Positions 24,765 to 39,200 of a stretch of 64,000 nt of DNA are shown here, piece after piece. Numbering within the stretch: the first letter of the stretch is position 1; every line of letters starts with the position of its first letter. Below the pieces are notes generated by a model. It had not been told where the DNA came from. It worked only from the letters and a program-made list of their open reading frames with translations, and ran no database searches. The translations under genes were made by a program, and so were the position numbers. Origin of the DNA: Macrostomum hystrix (taxonomy: Eukaryota; Animalia; Platyhelminthes); assembly GCA_950097015.1 (NCBI GenBank), contig CATNEN010000038.1, positions 13,020,001 through 13,084,000 of the forward strand, in the 5' to 3' direction.

Positions 24765-26265
24765 GCCTGCGCTGCCCAAATGGCTCGCAAGAAAGCCCAA
24801 ATAGAACGCAAAAAGGTATATTATTGATCACGGAAGAGCCACATGAATGTGAGGCTGAGAAACAATAGAAATAAAAGAGTATGAACATCGTTGTTAGACT
24901 TAAAATCAGTTTTTTTATTTACAACTTAGACGACCAAGCAAGCAAGAATAAATACCAAGAAGTGTTTCATATTTCTCTGGAGTAGCCTAATTATATATAT
25001 TAATTTGTTAAATTAATAATAATAATAATAATAATTAATATGGCGAACATAAAGCAAAATAAGCGAATGCATAGTCGAAAAGCATATATGAAGTCCTGGC
25101 AATCGGGGAAAACATGTGCATAAATATAAATATCTGGTCTGGGCTGCTAGTTAGCGCACGATGCAGCAGCAACAAAATCATGCTGGTTACGGGACAGATG
25201 AAGGCGAATGAGCAAGTTGAATCAGCCAATACAGTAGACACATGATGGGCAAGATCTATATAGCAATGAAAACAATGCAGTCAATCTACATGAAAGCTAG
25301 CAATAAGCACTGTCAAGCGCCAATAATGAAATAAAAATACATAGACAAATCCAACTATAGTAGCTCATAGGCAAAAAAGCAGCGCTAGCAGTTCTGTGTT
25401 CCTAACCAGAGCCAAGAGTATTGAAGCAATGAGGACATACTACGAGAAAACCAGTCGGGTCATCTGCGCCGAGGAATTTAAGACGGGAACTGGCCCGGAA
25501 AGCATAGAAAATAGACGCTAAAAAAGCTCACAAGATTGACAAAAGGAGGATACTGCTTGTACGGACACAGCGATTTACATGGTATAATAAAGGCTACCAC
25601 AAACTTACTTTATAACCTGGAAATTAGGGAATTAAAGGAACCAGGCGAAGTTCGTCTCTTGAAGAGCGGTTTATTATGAGCACTAGAGCGAACTTAGTGG
25701 TACTGAGTCCGACTGTCATTAAATACTGATTTCGAATCTGCGAAAATACACGTAAATTTGAGGCGCAGATATTGTGAGAAGGCGTTGTGTACTAGCATAA
25801 TCAGCGCCCATGAGCAACAGTAGCGGAAGAAACACTTTAATATATTTAATAGAATGAATGATAAGACCAACAAAACATAAGCATTTTATCATTGACAAAG
25901 AGAAGGAAAAGTAAAAAAATTCCAGATAAAACTGGACAAAAGCTAGCTCAAATATTAGTGGGCAGGCAGCTAACTGACAGCATAACTTGTAAACTAAATG
26001 ACTTTGTCCCACGTATCAAATTCGACCTAAGTTTGATGTTACATTGTCTCAAAACAATAAATGCACAATAGGGCTCGCTCTAAACAGTAAACAGGATATT
26101 GTTTGATTCGTTCAAGTCGCAGATCTTGAATTCGCTAAGTTCTAGTGCTAATTAATTTAAGACTCATGAAATATCGCGAATACAAAAAACAGTGCAATAA
26201 GTAAAATCACAAGTGGTAGTGGCAGCTACAAAAGCAGCTACTCAGAACTAAACTGTAAGTTGGAC

Positions 26266-29200
26266 TCATAGACCCACTGCAGAGTGGGCAGAATAGAGCG
26301 ACAGGCAGCTATCCGAGGTGCTCAGCGCCAACATGGGCTTCAACGGGTGGAAGGCCACAGACACAGGCCTGGCAATCTGCTGCAGCAGAGCCTCGTTGGC
26401 TCGCACCGCAGCCAATTGGAAACCGCCGTTAAAAGAGCGGACAGCCAACGTGCAGTCCGCTGTGCCCACTGCGTACACTGGACAGCGAGAATGGGCCGCA
26501 AAGCATGTCACCTGCTGCTGCAATAGCGAGGACGGCGGCTGGTGACTTTCCAGGAACTGTTGACCAGGCCTGCGCAGATCCCACAAGCGGACTAGACCGC
26601 TGGCTGTGCAGGTAAGCAGCTGGTCGGAGTTGCTGGGGTTCAAGCAGGCGCCGAGGACAAGATCGCCGCCTGAGGAGCCCCCAGTGGCGGCTGCTTTTGC
26701 AAGAAAAGGGAGATGATTAGGAAAGATTTAGGGAGTCATTTAAATACTTTAATAAAATAGAAAAATAGTTTAATGACTTATGCAATTACAACTGGAGATA
26801 AGCGGCCACTATTGCCCCTCCATTATCAGTTACGAGCATAAAAATGTTTTTGCCCAGTCCGATCAGCAGCTACTCACCGATGCCTCCACCAACTTGCACA
26901 GCGTCGGCTTGGACACTGCAGACGCAGCAGGAATCGGCGGCAGCCAGAGGATCGAAGCATCTCACTATACCGTCATCGAATCCGGCAATGAGCAGCGCCC
27001 GGCCCGGATCCTCTGAGTAGGCCAGGTGTGTGCAGGCGGCCGACTCGCACGGCAAGTCAACAAAGCGCCGCTCCGAATGGGCGTCAATCAAGCGCAAGAA
27101 TCTGGCGTGACCGCCAAAAGCTAGCCCGGCCGTCAGTCTCTGGTTCCAAGCCATGGCACGAAGGCGATCTGGGAGGCCCACAAAGGCGGAGATGAGCTGC
27201 GGGCTGCTGTTGTACGGGCAGGCGTAGTTGCGCCACAGCCGCACGCATCCATCAGACCAGGCGCAGGCAAGCAGCGAGTCCTCGGTGTGCCAGTTGACCA
27301 GCTGCATGTTCACAAGGAAATTGCCGGCCGAACCGCCAATTCCGCCATTAGAGTGCGAGTGCGAGTGGTGCAGATGCGCTGGAGAGCTGGTTTGGCGAGA
27401 CATCGACGAGGACTGGTACTGCAGCGAGCCTTGATTGTAGTGGCCGTGATGCTGCTGCTGCCGGCTTGAGCCGCCCAGACTGCCGGCTGTGCGAAAGAGG
27501 TGAAGTGCGGATAGAATAATTAAAATAGGGTAGGGTATAGGGTATCTGTGGGTAACAGCATAGGGTATCTGTGGCTTCTAGTTCATTATTGTACAGTTGT
27601 TAAAACAGTACATTCTGCGTCTGCTACTCAACCTTGGATACCCAATCTCAGCTTAATCAGGTATCAATCAATCCCAGATCTCGCCTGACCACAAGACTCA
27701 CTTCCGACATTGGCACCGCCGCCGCCACTGGACCGCCTGCTACCGCCAGCGGAGCCTCCGCCGAAAGCCAGCAGATTGACGCCAGATTCAGCATTGAAGG
27801 AGGCCAGACGGCACAGATCCGGGTCCAGCACCTGCACACTGGAATCATCGCACATTAACATCTGGGCTAGCAGTGGATGAAAGTGCAAACCGACTGCTGG
27901 ATACTGAACAGAGCGGGTGCTGCGCAATGAGAACTGAACAGAACGACCGCCGCTTCCGGCCGTTGCCAAGGCAACTGCGTCCTGAGCGGCCAGCCGGTGT
28001 AAACTATGCAGCAGAAGGCAGCTGAGTTCGCGGCTTTGAAAATTGGCAGACAATGGGTCCGAGTCGGTGTCAAGCGATCCCGAGACGCCGCTGCCCACCA
28101 TAATTGGTCGAGCAAATTGAGCGCAGCAATACTCGAATAGTCGCGTTGTCAAAGGCTCTGTTGTAATGGCAGCAGCCAACGGAGTGTTCCAGTCGGTAGT
28201 TGAAGTGTCGTCAGCACCTGCGCTGTCGCTCTGACGACGAACGACCCCGACCCGACGACCGCCTCCAGGTGAAGGTGAACGACGCCGTCCGTCCAGATTG
28301 TCCATCATGCCAAGGAAAATTCTGGTGGCGAATCGATTCGCAGAGGTGGCTCCGGTCAACGGCGGACTCTGGCTGCTCACCAGCAGCTGATGTTGGTGCA
28401 TGTAGTGCCTGTGCTGCGACTTCGGACTGGCCGGCACGCTGCCAGTCGAGGCGTCGGCACCGGTGTTGTTCACGGCAGCAGCCGCGGCGGCGGCCGCAGC
28501 AGCAGCCGCTGTCATTGCTGTTGCACTAGCGGCTGTGGTGAGCGCAGCTGCAGATGAGACGCGAGGAAAAGTCCCGCCATTGTTGGTCAGTCTGCCATGA
28601 CCGGCCTGGTGCTGCTGAGGCCCACCTAGAGCTGCAGACGGACCGGCAAATTGTTCCAGAATGCGTTGGTCCTTGCGGAGCTTTTCAGAAACTCTGGCGT
28701 ACACCCGCTGTACGAGACTGCCAGCCATTGATTGTACCTGAAGAATGTTCAAGGGTGCAAAATACTTGTTAAAATACAAAATGCAACACACAACACTGAC
28801 AAAAAAGCCGCAGGTGGACGGCCAATGCGCCGATACTGAGTATGCAAAAATGCTAAAGGACTATGCCAAAGTGTCGGTAATTTTATATTTATCCCTAAAT
28901 TTCCTAAAAAAAGCACAGTCGTTAAATAGCTTTAAAATGTACTATTTTGTCTAAAAAAGTGCAGTAGCAAAAGTAGTCTGCTCTGCTATTTAGTTAAAAT
29001 GTAGAATCATTGTTGTTTGGCCAGAGAAATAAAAAAGCTGATAACATTTTTAATCTGCTTGCCCGCGTGTGTCGCCATGCCAGAATAACACCACCGCGTT
29101 AGCGGACCTGATGGCGAGGCTCGACCTGGTGTCAGCTAACACGCGCTATCGCAGACTCCCAACCGGCTTTACAGGCTACCAGGCTACCAGGTGGAGATAT

Positions 29201-32200
29201 ATTTTGTGCCCTGCAAGACCCAAGCGACGGCAGCGGATTCGCATATATCTTAGCGACTGCGCTGGGGTCTGTGCACGCGGCGGACTACACCGCCATCCAC
29301 TCTGCTATCACCACTGCAGAAGCCAAAACAGCTAATAGAGCCTGAGTCACAGCAACTTCCGGTTTGACAAGTGACCCATAGGTCTTGGAGGTCTGCCGCA
29401 CTGTGACGTGCTAAACGAGCTACTCTGACGTGCTAGACACCCAACAGCTGATGCCGAGATGGCCCTTAGCGAAGCGACAAGCCGCTGTAAACGACTCCAT
29501 CCGGGCTGTCGCGTATGTCAGGCCTGAACGGAAGAACAGGGTCGTCTGGCCGGTCGTGAACGCCCTCACCGGTTCCTGGGTGAAGGCAGCGCTAAACTTC
29601 GCTGGCGACACTGCCGAGCAACCCAAGAATGAGCTGCATACTTCTTCGCCGCCATTCTTACGCAGCCTTCGCCACCACCGCCGCCGACTCAGCCGGACTT
29701 AATGCCACTGCACCCTTACCGACTGTCGCCCGCTCGGAGCCAACTCAGACTTTCAACTGCCAAATGACCGACAAAAATAGAAAGAAAATCGGACCGACTT
29801 TTACCCAATTTTCACATTTTTCTCAGAAGCGGGCCCGACTCTGACCGACAAAATTTGGTGGAAATCGTTTTAACACTGGCATAACAACTTGAAAACCATG
29901 CGGAAGGAAGAGTATCGTGGGATTTTGCTGCGCTGCGAAAGTGTTAAACCGGGTGGTTACCATGGTTACATTATTTGCTATACCCGTTTAGCAAAACGGG
30001 TATGCCGTTTCTGCGGCAAGAGCACAATGTATTATAGCCACGTCGCAGCTCAATGACGCCAATTCTAGCACTGAAGGTCGCTCAGTGCGCTATATCAACC
30101 AAAGTTTTTTTGAATCGCGAGGTTTCAGCCAGGCAGCCGGCGTGAATTGTGAAATGGCCTTTAAACGCGCGATTCGATGCTCCCTTTTTGTGGTCGGCGC
30201 AGAGCATGTCCGTATCATTACTACTGACGTATCGCTACATAATATTATAAATATTTTTATTAGCTACATTTGACTAGTCCTTAATTTCTAGTTTCGAATA
30301 TCCACAGTACCGGTCAGCAAACAGACCTGCGGCGCCGGATCCCGATGCAGGAAGCGCAGCGAGCGCCAAACCTGCTGATAGACATTGCCGGATTTGAGAA
30401 GGCCGGAGAAGGGTTGAGCAGTGGCCGGCCGTTTCAGCCGGCGCCAGCGTTCCGTATCCTCAATTTGTTGAATTACAACTGCCGTCATCTCATTCTCGAA
30501 TAGCCTAGTGAAGGCGCCGAGAGCACAGACTAGCTCGCAGCGGACCAGAGCCGAGCAATCAGACAAGGAGCGTTGAAGAAGGCGCAGCACAATGGTCTGG
30601 TCGTTGCTGCTACTGAGATCAGAGGCCCGCTGCTGCTCACCGCCGCCTGCCGCCGACGATGCAGCTTGACCAACGATGCCGACACCGCCACCGGAGTTGT
30701 CCATGTAAGCTGCCAGCGCGTGAACAGACGCGGCTCGGATCTGGAAATAGAGAATATCACAAAACAACTTATCTAGTACCAATCATCCTAAACCTACTGT
30801 GCAATCTGCTTATTATTAACGATACACAAACCTTGGGCTGTTGATCCTCTAGCAAGTCGTAAAGAGCCTCATATGCGGAGCTGCGGGCGCCGTGCGATCT
30901 CCCTGGCTCATAATTAGTCCAGATCTTGGCTAGGCAGAACACCAGAAACAGGCGATAAGTGACGGCGGGCTGTGATTGGTCCAGCCGCACCGCCGGATCG
31001 TCTATGTGCACCAGAATGGTGTAGATGAGATTGCTACGCGTGCAGACGTCCTTGGCATCTGCTGATTGGTTCATCAGTCGGGCCAACACAAAGGCAGCCA
31101 TGCCCCTAATGGACAGAGAGTTGAGCGCATTCAGCGGAGTGGAGTCCTGCAACACGTTGATGAAATATCTGATGTTGTCCTCCTTGACTAGGTCTAGCAC
31201 CAGGTTGGTCGAATGCTCAACCGCGATGATTTTGGCCCAGATGAACACTAACTCCTCCTTCATGTCCTTGCCACCGTTAAGCAACTTGAGTATGTAAGGA
31301 AATGTGCCAACTGACAAGGTCTGATAGACTGCATCAGGCCCAAGGTCCAGGTAAGAGCACAGCAGCTTCAGCGCTTTGGGTCTGTAGTACTGCGATAGTA
31401 GCACCTACGATTCAAACGCAGAAATAATGATGACTTATTGCAATTCGTTTTTTTTGTGAATATGTTTGTGAATTTCTTTTGAATCCCCAGTCAATCGATT
31501 TTTTTTCTAAATTTAACAAAGCTCAATTTATCCTTATATCCTGTGAAATCTAAATTCTAGAAGCGATCTGCAACTCACCTGCAGCACAATTGGCAAGTGC
31601 CAAGCATCCGCTGGTGTCTTACTGCCGGCCGATTTCAGCCACACTTCAAAGCTGGCCAAGTGGTCGGCAAAGAACGAGCAGGTCTTGTAAGGCACCATAA
31701 TTAGAGGCCCGGATTCTGGATCTACAACAGACGGATGCTGCTGATGAAGATGTTGATGCTGAGACTGCTGAAGCTGCGCCTCCTGACTGCGCATGTAACG
31801 GTGTACATCTGGCAGCTGTCGCATGAAGTCGTCAACAACGTGATCCCAGGCCGACCATAGCGGATGTTTGTGCATTGGCGGCAGCAGCGGGTGAGTGACA
31901 GGTGTGCAGCCGTAGCTGACTAGAATGCGTTCAGCCAATAGGAAGTTGCGGAACAGCGACGCGAGCAGGGTGTCATAACGGAATAGTCGGTGGAACAGGT
32001 CCCTGTGGCCAGATAAAGTAATTATGATTCACTGAGTTAGGATTTCACAGGACTCTATAGCAAGTTCTATAGGTTCTATCCTATCATGTTTTCAGGCCCT
32101 AATGATTCAAATCCTGACATTTTGATTTAGTTAGCCTAGATCTGGAATGCTGATTCAGGGTTTAATAAAATTCAAGGGGCTTGGCTCGCAACTCAAGTGT

Positions 32201-34702
32201 TGGATATCTTACTCGCAGCTCTGAAATTCTAGTTCGAAAGAGGTTCCTCACCTCGGAATTGAATTGTAAGCAATAGTGTCAGTGACAGCTGTGAATATCC
32301 AGTTCAGCTCGCCTAGCATAGACTTCCGCTCCGACAGCTTGCCGGGTATCGTTGACAGCATTGACAGCGTCAACTCGGGTGACAGCCGGTTGGCGTACCG
32401 GATCCAGTACCAGTGCAGCGCGGCCTTGATGGGCGTAGTCAGGCAGGCGGTGAAAAGATCGGCTGGCAGGTCCGGGTTCATCGGCAGGAACTCGTCAACA
32501 CCGCAGGCGCACAGCAGAATGGAGTTCTCCATACTGACTTCGCCCGAGTAGGCAGCTGACGAGCTGCCACCGCTGGACTTTTGCTGCTGGTACTGCTCGG
32601 ACTGCTCCCAGTCTTGGCGTCGGCGTTCGCAGAAGGCCTCGTACGATTTCAGCACCTGCAGAGCCGTGGAGATCAGAACTCATTTGATAATTACAAAAAA
32701 AAATGCTAATTTCTGCCCCAATAGGGCCAGAAGTGCGGCCGTCAGCGCAACCGCAGCTAATCAGAAGGCTGCGTACGGCTGCTCAGTCCATGGACTGGGG
32801 GGAACGCTACACCCACCCTCAAAGGATTCATTACTGTGTACTTACCTTGTCTATTGTGAGCAGCGCTGAATGAATGAATTAAAGAACTGGAATGGGCTGG
32901 ACAGTGTGAGCAGCGCTGAATTAATTAAAGGACTGGAATGGGCTGGACAGTGTGAGCAGCACTGAATAAATGAATTAAAGAACTGGAATGGGCTGGACAG
33001 TGTGAGCAGCACTGAATGAATGAATTAAAGGACTGGAATGGGCTGGACAGTATGAGCAGCGCTGAATGAATGAATTAAAGGACTGGAATGGGCTGGACAG
33101 TGTGAGCAGCACTGAATGAATGAATTAAAGGACTGGAATGGGCTGGACAGTGAGCTGCGCTGAATAAATGAATTAAAGGACTGGAATGGGCTGGACAGTG
33201 TGAGCTGCGCTGAATAAATGAATTAAAGGACTGGAATGGACTGGACAGTGTGAGCAGCGCTAGTGAATGAATTAAAGGACTGGAATGGGCTGGACAGTGT
33301 GAGCAGCGCTAGTGAATGAATTAAAGGACTGGAATGGGCTGGACAGTGTGAGCAGCGCTAGTGAATGAATTAAAGGACTGGAATGGGCTGGACAGTGTGA
33401 GCAGCGCTGAATGAATGAATTATAGGACTGGAATGGGCTGGACAGTGTGAGCAGCGCTGAATGAATGAATTAAAGGACTGGAATGGGCTGGACAGTGTGA
33501 GCAGCGCTGAATGAATGAATTAAAGAACTGGAATGGGCTGGACAGTGTGAGCAGCGCTGAATGAATGAATATACAGTAATTCAACAGATTTTGTAAGGTA
33601 ATGAATGAATTAATAAATTGCTTACAAGAATAGACTGGACATTTGATAGGATATCGGCTGCACTCACCTGGCCTGCATTGTGGCAATCAATCACATAGAC
33701 AGACGGCGACCCAAGCCAGGACTGCAAGTCGTAAAGCGACAAAGGAATGTACTGCGTAAAGTTGCGATTGAACACCCAGGTCTCGCCATTTTTAGTCGGC
33801 CTAGGCACGCCATGTCCATTAAAGTGGAAAAGGATGCGGTCGTGCCTAGCTGTTCTGCGCAGGCCAAGACACTGCTTTTTCACTTCATCTACAGTTGGAT
33901 CGTTGCAGGTTTTGTAGCGGATCTTGGAGTTCCAGCGCTTATACTGTGTGACAAGGAGGCCGGAGATATCTTCGACGGCTTTGTTGGGATTCTTTCCAGA
34001 GGGATCGTACCAGCAGTGCTGCACAGCGCTGGGCACTGGCTTCTGCACATCCGGTGGATCGGTGTCTACATTCAGACAGAGGACCAGCAGAACATTTGTG
34101 ATGCGGACCTGAGTTAGGCGGATAATTTAGTGCCAAACCATGAGTTTTTCATGCGCCCAGAATTGACAGGCCCCTAGAATTATCACAGTGGCCACGCAGA
34201 CATACAGAGCGCGATAGTCGAGCCACAGCTGAGGACACACTAAAATATGCTCGTATGTGCATACAAACTCACTCAGGCATGAACTCTAATGAATATGTTA
34301 CGACTGTCCCCGTGCACTGTTTAGTTAGACCTCATGGGCACTTAAATTTACACAAGCACAAAACTGTATATATATGCTATTGGTGAGCCCTCCGGTTGCT
34401 TCTATAAAATATTCTATCATTCCCCACCCTAAGGAGATTGCCTACGACGATATTAGAACAAAACACATGATTTTATAGAACAAAAATTCTAAGATCTTAT
34501 GGCGAAGGCCGTAATAGCAAACCTTGGTGCCATATCGCCAGCTCTCGGCGATACTCTCAACGCCTACAGTCTCCTCGTGCAGATGCGGCGAAGCAAAAGC
34601 GGTAGGTATTTTCCATTCTGGCAGGCTGCGCGCTAAGCCGATGGGATAGCAGGCCAGCTCGGCCTCATCAACGCGCCTGGCATCCTCCTCGTACAGGTGC
34701 AT
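26266..34702 (-). CDS. RPTOR: Regulatory-associated protein of mTOR (Raptor), 9 coding exons
   Basis: Exons 34702-34523, 34108-33668, 32655-32252, 32002-31579, 31404-30832, 30740-30327, 28737-27702, 27486-26878, 26690-26266. RNC motifs LVLCLN..DPPD, ILFHFNGHGVPRPT, FTQYIPLSLYDLQSWLGSP, LPADLFTACLTTPI, LGELNWIFTAVTDTIA; HEAT repeats; C-terminal WD40. Confidence 0.97.
29060..29760 (+). mobile_element. Degenerate LINE (RTE-like) fragment in a Raptor intron
   Basis: LDLVSANTRY (endonuclease-like) and WPVVNALTG..LNFAGDTAEQ, similar to the 9170-9510 fragment. Confidence 0.6.
32855..33570. repeat. Intronic minisatellite, ~50-bp unit, ~14 copies
   Basis: GCTGAATGAATGAATTAAAGGACTGGAATGGGCTGGACAGTGTGAGCAGC head-to-tail. 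Confidence 0.97.
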
Positions 34703-35811
34703 GTTGTGACTGGGGAATTTTGTGCGCGCGTTGAGCAATCTTAAATATATGCGCTAAGTAATACTCTTGCTTAGGGAAATATTTGTAAGGGCAGATTTAT
34801 TGATCTAGGTCATAGGTAGTACGATAGCTGAGACTGATTCCTTACTATAGATCCGATCAAAGCTTACTGCAGCACTGCCCTAAACTGAGTAGCACTGAAA
34901 TAATTCTTAGACTTGCAACCACATACGGTAAGAGATAGGAGTGCCGAAGTTTATTTATCGTAAAGCATGGCATAGTAAAGGAAGTACAAAACATCGTAGC
35001 GGATAGGTGGAACAAAATAAAGGACAATTATTTTCCATGCCTGTTTGAAGCGCAGAATATATAACAAAAATTACTTATCTACACAGGCAGACCTGTGTAG
35101 ATCGGCCAATAATTGTTAATCGAAGCGGGGCATTTGAGCAGAACATGTACTTTCACATGTGTTCAGCTAGGTTGACACACGAGTTCGGAATTGAATAAAA
35201 GGAACCTGAGTGCCCGTCAGGATATTGTTGTACATAATTATAAGACGGAATACAATACAACGCTTATAGTGCTATTCCTGCTCTATATGCAATGTAAAAT
35301 CAGGAAAAATAAATAATTGTTTGCCATAAATAAAAAATAAAAGACCTGCGCAGCAGCCATAAACATTAGTTTTCAAAGATTCAATTTAAAACCGTTCGAA
35401 AAAAACACAAGGTACTTTTGCCGGAGGCTTAAATCAGACAGATATGCATACCATATGCTTTTGAACTCGAGCCTTGTAATGAGAAAACTAAATATTAACA
35501 GATAGGAAAGTCAAACTTAAGTTTGTATTTTGTTGCTGTATGTAAAAATATAGAACAGAAAAAACAATAGTGACATAACCATGCTAAAATTACCGCAAAA
35601 ATCATCTTAAGTATCGTAGTCATATTTGCTATGCCGCTAAGGACGGCAAGTTTAAAAAGGAAAAATAACGGACTGCACATTTTGGCAACAAAATAAGAAC
35701 ACTTTAGGCAGGCAGAGTTTCTGCTTAAAATAAAGAAAAATAAAGCATATACTGAGTTTGTTTTTGCCCTTTACCATCAGAGGAAAAAAGCAACTTGGCT
35801 ACTGTAACTTT

Positions 35812-35950
35812 TGTTAACCGTATGTGCTGTCTTTGACCCTACTGTTACACATTTGGACTGCTACAGACCCTGCTGTTAACCGTATGTGCTGTCTTTGACC
35901 CTACTGTTACACATTTGGACTGTAACAGACCCTGCTGTTAACCGTATGTT
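35812..35950. repeat. Tandem duplication, ~62-bp unit x2
   Basis: TGTTAACCGTATGTGCTGTCTTTGACCCTACTGTTACACATTTGGACTG repeated. Confidence 0.9.
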
Positions 35951-36216
35951 ACAGTTACACATGTACGCATGAGGACACGTGTCTGTCTGAATGTGCCTGC
36001 TGTTAGCCACATGGTCCGCCACAAGCCCTTCTAATACTAAGAACCAAAATGAAGTTAGAAAGTATCAGACTAGACAATCAGTACTTCTGTACTGGTTAGG
36101 AAACAAAATGAAAAGTAGCCATTTCGAGAAGTTAACTTAACTAACAAAATGTGACAGAGGCCCGATGCAAAGGAGAAGAAAGTGAAAAAAGGGCAAAAAA
36201 CAGAACAGCATTAGTG

Positions 36217-39200
36217 CTAAGCAACTCGAGCCTCAAAACAGCCCAGATAGAGTTCTTCGTGCGGTATACGCTTTTGAGTTAAAAAATTCTTAACAACAGG
36301 CCTCAAAACTGGTCCACCATTTGAATGTTTACCATGCCCAGTGATCACTCTAAAAGTCTTTAAGCCTTCATTAGATCCTTCACTCAAAGTAGTCTTTATT
36401 GCTTGAATCGCTTCACTGGCGGTCATACCGTGCAGATCCAGCTCTACTGAACGGGATCGATGGTTCACAGCAGTGGTTGCCGTGGCAACTAACACAGCTC
36501 GCTCCTGCCGCTCCTGCTGCGCCAGCAAGCCTGCCTGGCGCATATGGTGCGACTGCACCCGGCTATCCTTGGCATAGGCGGCCCTAGTCAAGCAGTCCCG
36601 CCTGCGACTTCGATAATCAGCGCTGATCCGACTCAGATCAGTGTACACACCCGCGTTAGCGCCAGCTTGGGTTACGTCTGCTGATGTCCGATCATCTAGC
36701 GGCGCAATGGGCAGCTGAGCAGTCTCCCTATGATCATTTGGTATCGCCGGTTCTAATCCGCATTCCAGAAGCGTAGAGAAAGCGACCTCATAACTATTGC
36801 CGCAGTCAGCTAATAGAGACACCGCAACGTCCTCCGAAAGGCCTGGAAAAGCTTTTGATAGGCGATTGAGGCTCAAGCGACTCGCTAGCGGATCTGCGTG
36901 GCTCCATCGACTAAACACAGACAAGGAAGGCGACGAATATGACGCCGGTTGGCGCGGCTGCGCCCTGTCAACTGTCAGCGTCGCGGGCTTCACATGAGGC
37001 GACAAGCCTATATGATCAAGAAAGGCTGCATACAAGGCCAACAGCACCGAGTCAGGCGGGCGCCAGTCACTGAGGATGTCGTCAGCAAGGCCGGCTAAAA
37101 GATCTTCAGCACTGTCACTATCATTAACACCGAAGCGGCGATGCAAAGCCAGTAGAGTGCGCTTGTTCATCAGACCGGATAAAACCTGCGAGTATGCGGG
37201 TTGTCAGGCTATTAGCAACAGTAAGGCTAGGAGCACATTAGTAACAAAGTAACAAAGGCTTTTCATTAGCAAAATTGTCTATATACTTTAATAATGCTCT
37301 ACCTGATCATCGCTGCATTCAGCATTAGTTTCAGTAGCGGTTTGAGGCTTAAGTTCATCATCCGGAGTGCATTCACCGAGTGAGAACTCAACTGGTTCTA
37401 GCAAATTTACGTTTAAAGAATCTGTTCCATGTAAATGTGCAGGTACTGTATCTACGACAGCATTCACGACATCAGAGCCTAACGAAGAAGCGACGCCAGT
37501 ATCGGCTGTCAAAAGTTGCGAGCTGTAGGCTACAGATAGGTGTCGCAGTTCCTCAACCGTGGCTGCCAAATCTTTGCCATTCGCTCTGTAAATATCGGCT
37601 AGCACACTGGGATCAAACTCAGGGAATATACTGGCCAGATAGGATGAATCTTCGTCATCTTCAGCATTTTTTACTTCTGATACAGGTGACGCTGAAGAGG
37701 ACTTTGTAACACCTGGCGAACTGCCGATTTTGGTCAACTCAGCAGGCAGTCGACTAGACTCAAAATTAACTTGCTGTGGTGCATTTGGCCTTTCTTCTAA
37801 GAGGCTGCTCCACTGGGCAACTCGGGCAGAGCGCTCTAGACCCTCATGAAACGAGCGCAGCATCTCAGGATGTCGATAGTCTACTATAGGGCGCTTTGTC
37901 TACAAGAGGGTTTCAGTGGAAGATTTTTTCGCAAAATTATTGCAACCTGTGGAAAACATGAAAGGCTAAAATTCTGTAAATTATTTACTAATTTACTATG
38001 ATGGGCAGACTATTAGGGCAATGATATTTCATAGACATAGGTTCATGAAGTAATGTATCATATAACTGGGTTTAGGGTAATCTTCCGGGTGGCTTTTAAT
38101 CCGCTGCTTGGTCCGATTTTTTTGTCTGTCGTCTGAATTTTGACCGATTTCTGGACGAAAATGTAAAATACAGACAGAATTGGGATTTCAGGTTGATTTA
38201 TCATACAGGTTTAAATATTCCGAGAAGATTTTGGAGTAGGGGTGTGTGGCACAACTCGGATTATAGATGATCAGAGATCTTAAAGATTAGGGATAATCAG
38301 AAATCTAACGAATTAGGGAGATGATCATACATCTAACGGATTAGGGAGATGATCATACATCTAACGGATTAGGGAGATGATCAGACATTTAACGGATAAG
38401 GAAGATGATCAGACATCTAACGGATTAGGGAGATATTCAGACACCTAACGGATCAAGGAGATGATCAGACACCTAACGGATTAGGGAGATAATTATATAT
38501 CTAACAGATTAGGGAGATGATCAGACATCTAACGGATTTGGGAGACGATCAGACTTCAGATAACGAATTTAGCAATGATCAGACATCTAAAAAATTAGGT
38601 ATGATTTGATATATAACTGGAACTAAAGGCCGGTGCTTTGATCGACTTAGCAGAAGAGCGCGGACCTGAGACCTCTGCTGAGCACTGGTGGGCTTAGGCA
38701 GCAGCACAGCCTGTACGCAGTAGACGGTGCCCCTGCGAGAGTCGCTTACGATAGCGTCTGCTACACGTGCGCCATTACAATCACGCCCGGGTGAGTCCGC
38801 ATCGACAAATCGCAGCTGCTCAAAATTTTCCCACATTTCCCGCAGCTTCTTTTTGGGCACAGAGTGAATATTGCGCTGAGACAATTGGTTGATGTCAAAC
38901 CGCCAAGCTGTACATGGTTCCGCAATGACTGTTAGATAACCATTTGATGCGGCAATAGAAAGGTAGCTCACAAAATCGCAGGTTTTCACATTTGTGTTGT
39001 CAATGATTATAACTGCCTTGCGATCCAAAACACTTGTAGAAACTAAAAACATTTTATTAAAAATGCTTGAGGAAGGGCGCATGCGAAAATTAAGTAGTCC
39101 ATCATAAATCCAGTTTAACTGTAAAACCCACAATCTAATCATTTCTTTCAGTTAAGGTCCTAAACAGTACTTCAAAGTTTTGATGGTAAATCCCCTAACC

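Larger units (their letters stand above)
22262..24818 (+). mobile_element. IS630/Tc1-like DNA transposon with ~155-bp TIRs
   Basis: TIR 22262-22416 mirrors 24611-24814; right end GGTA; transposase inside. Confidence 0.92.

Noticed and set aside
32855-33570. CRISPR-like array
   Set aside because: Units are head-to-tail with no unique spacers, there are no cas genes, and it lies in a eukaryotic intron.
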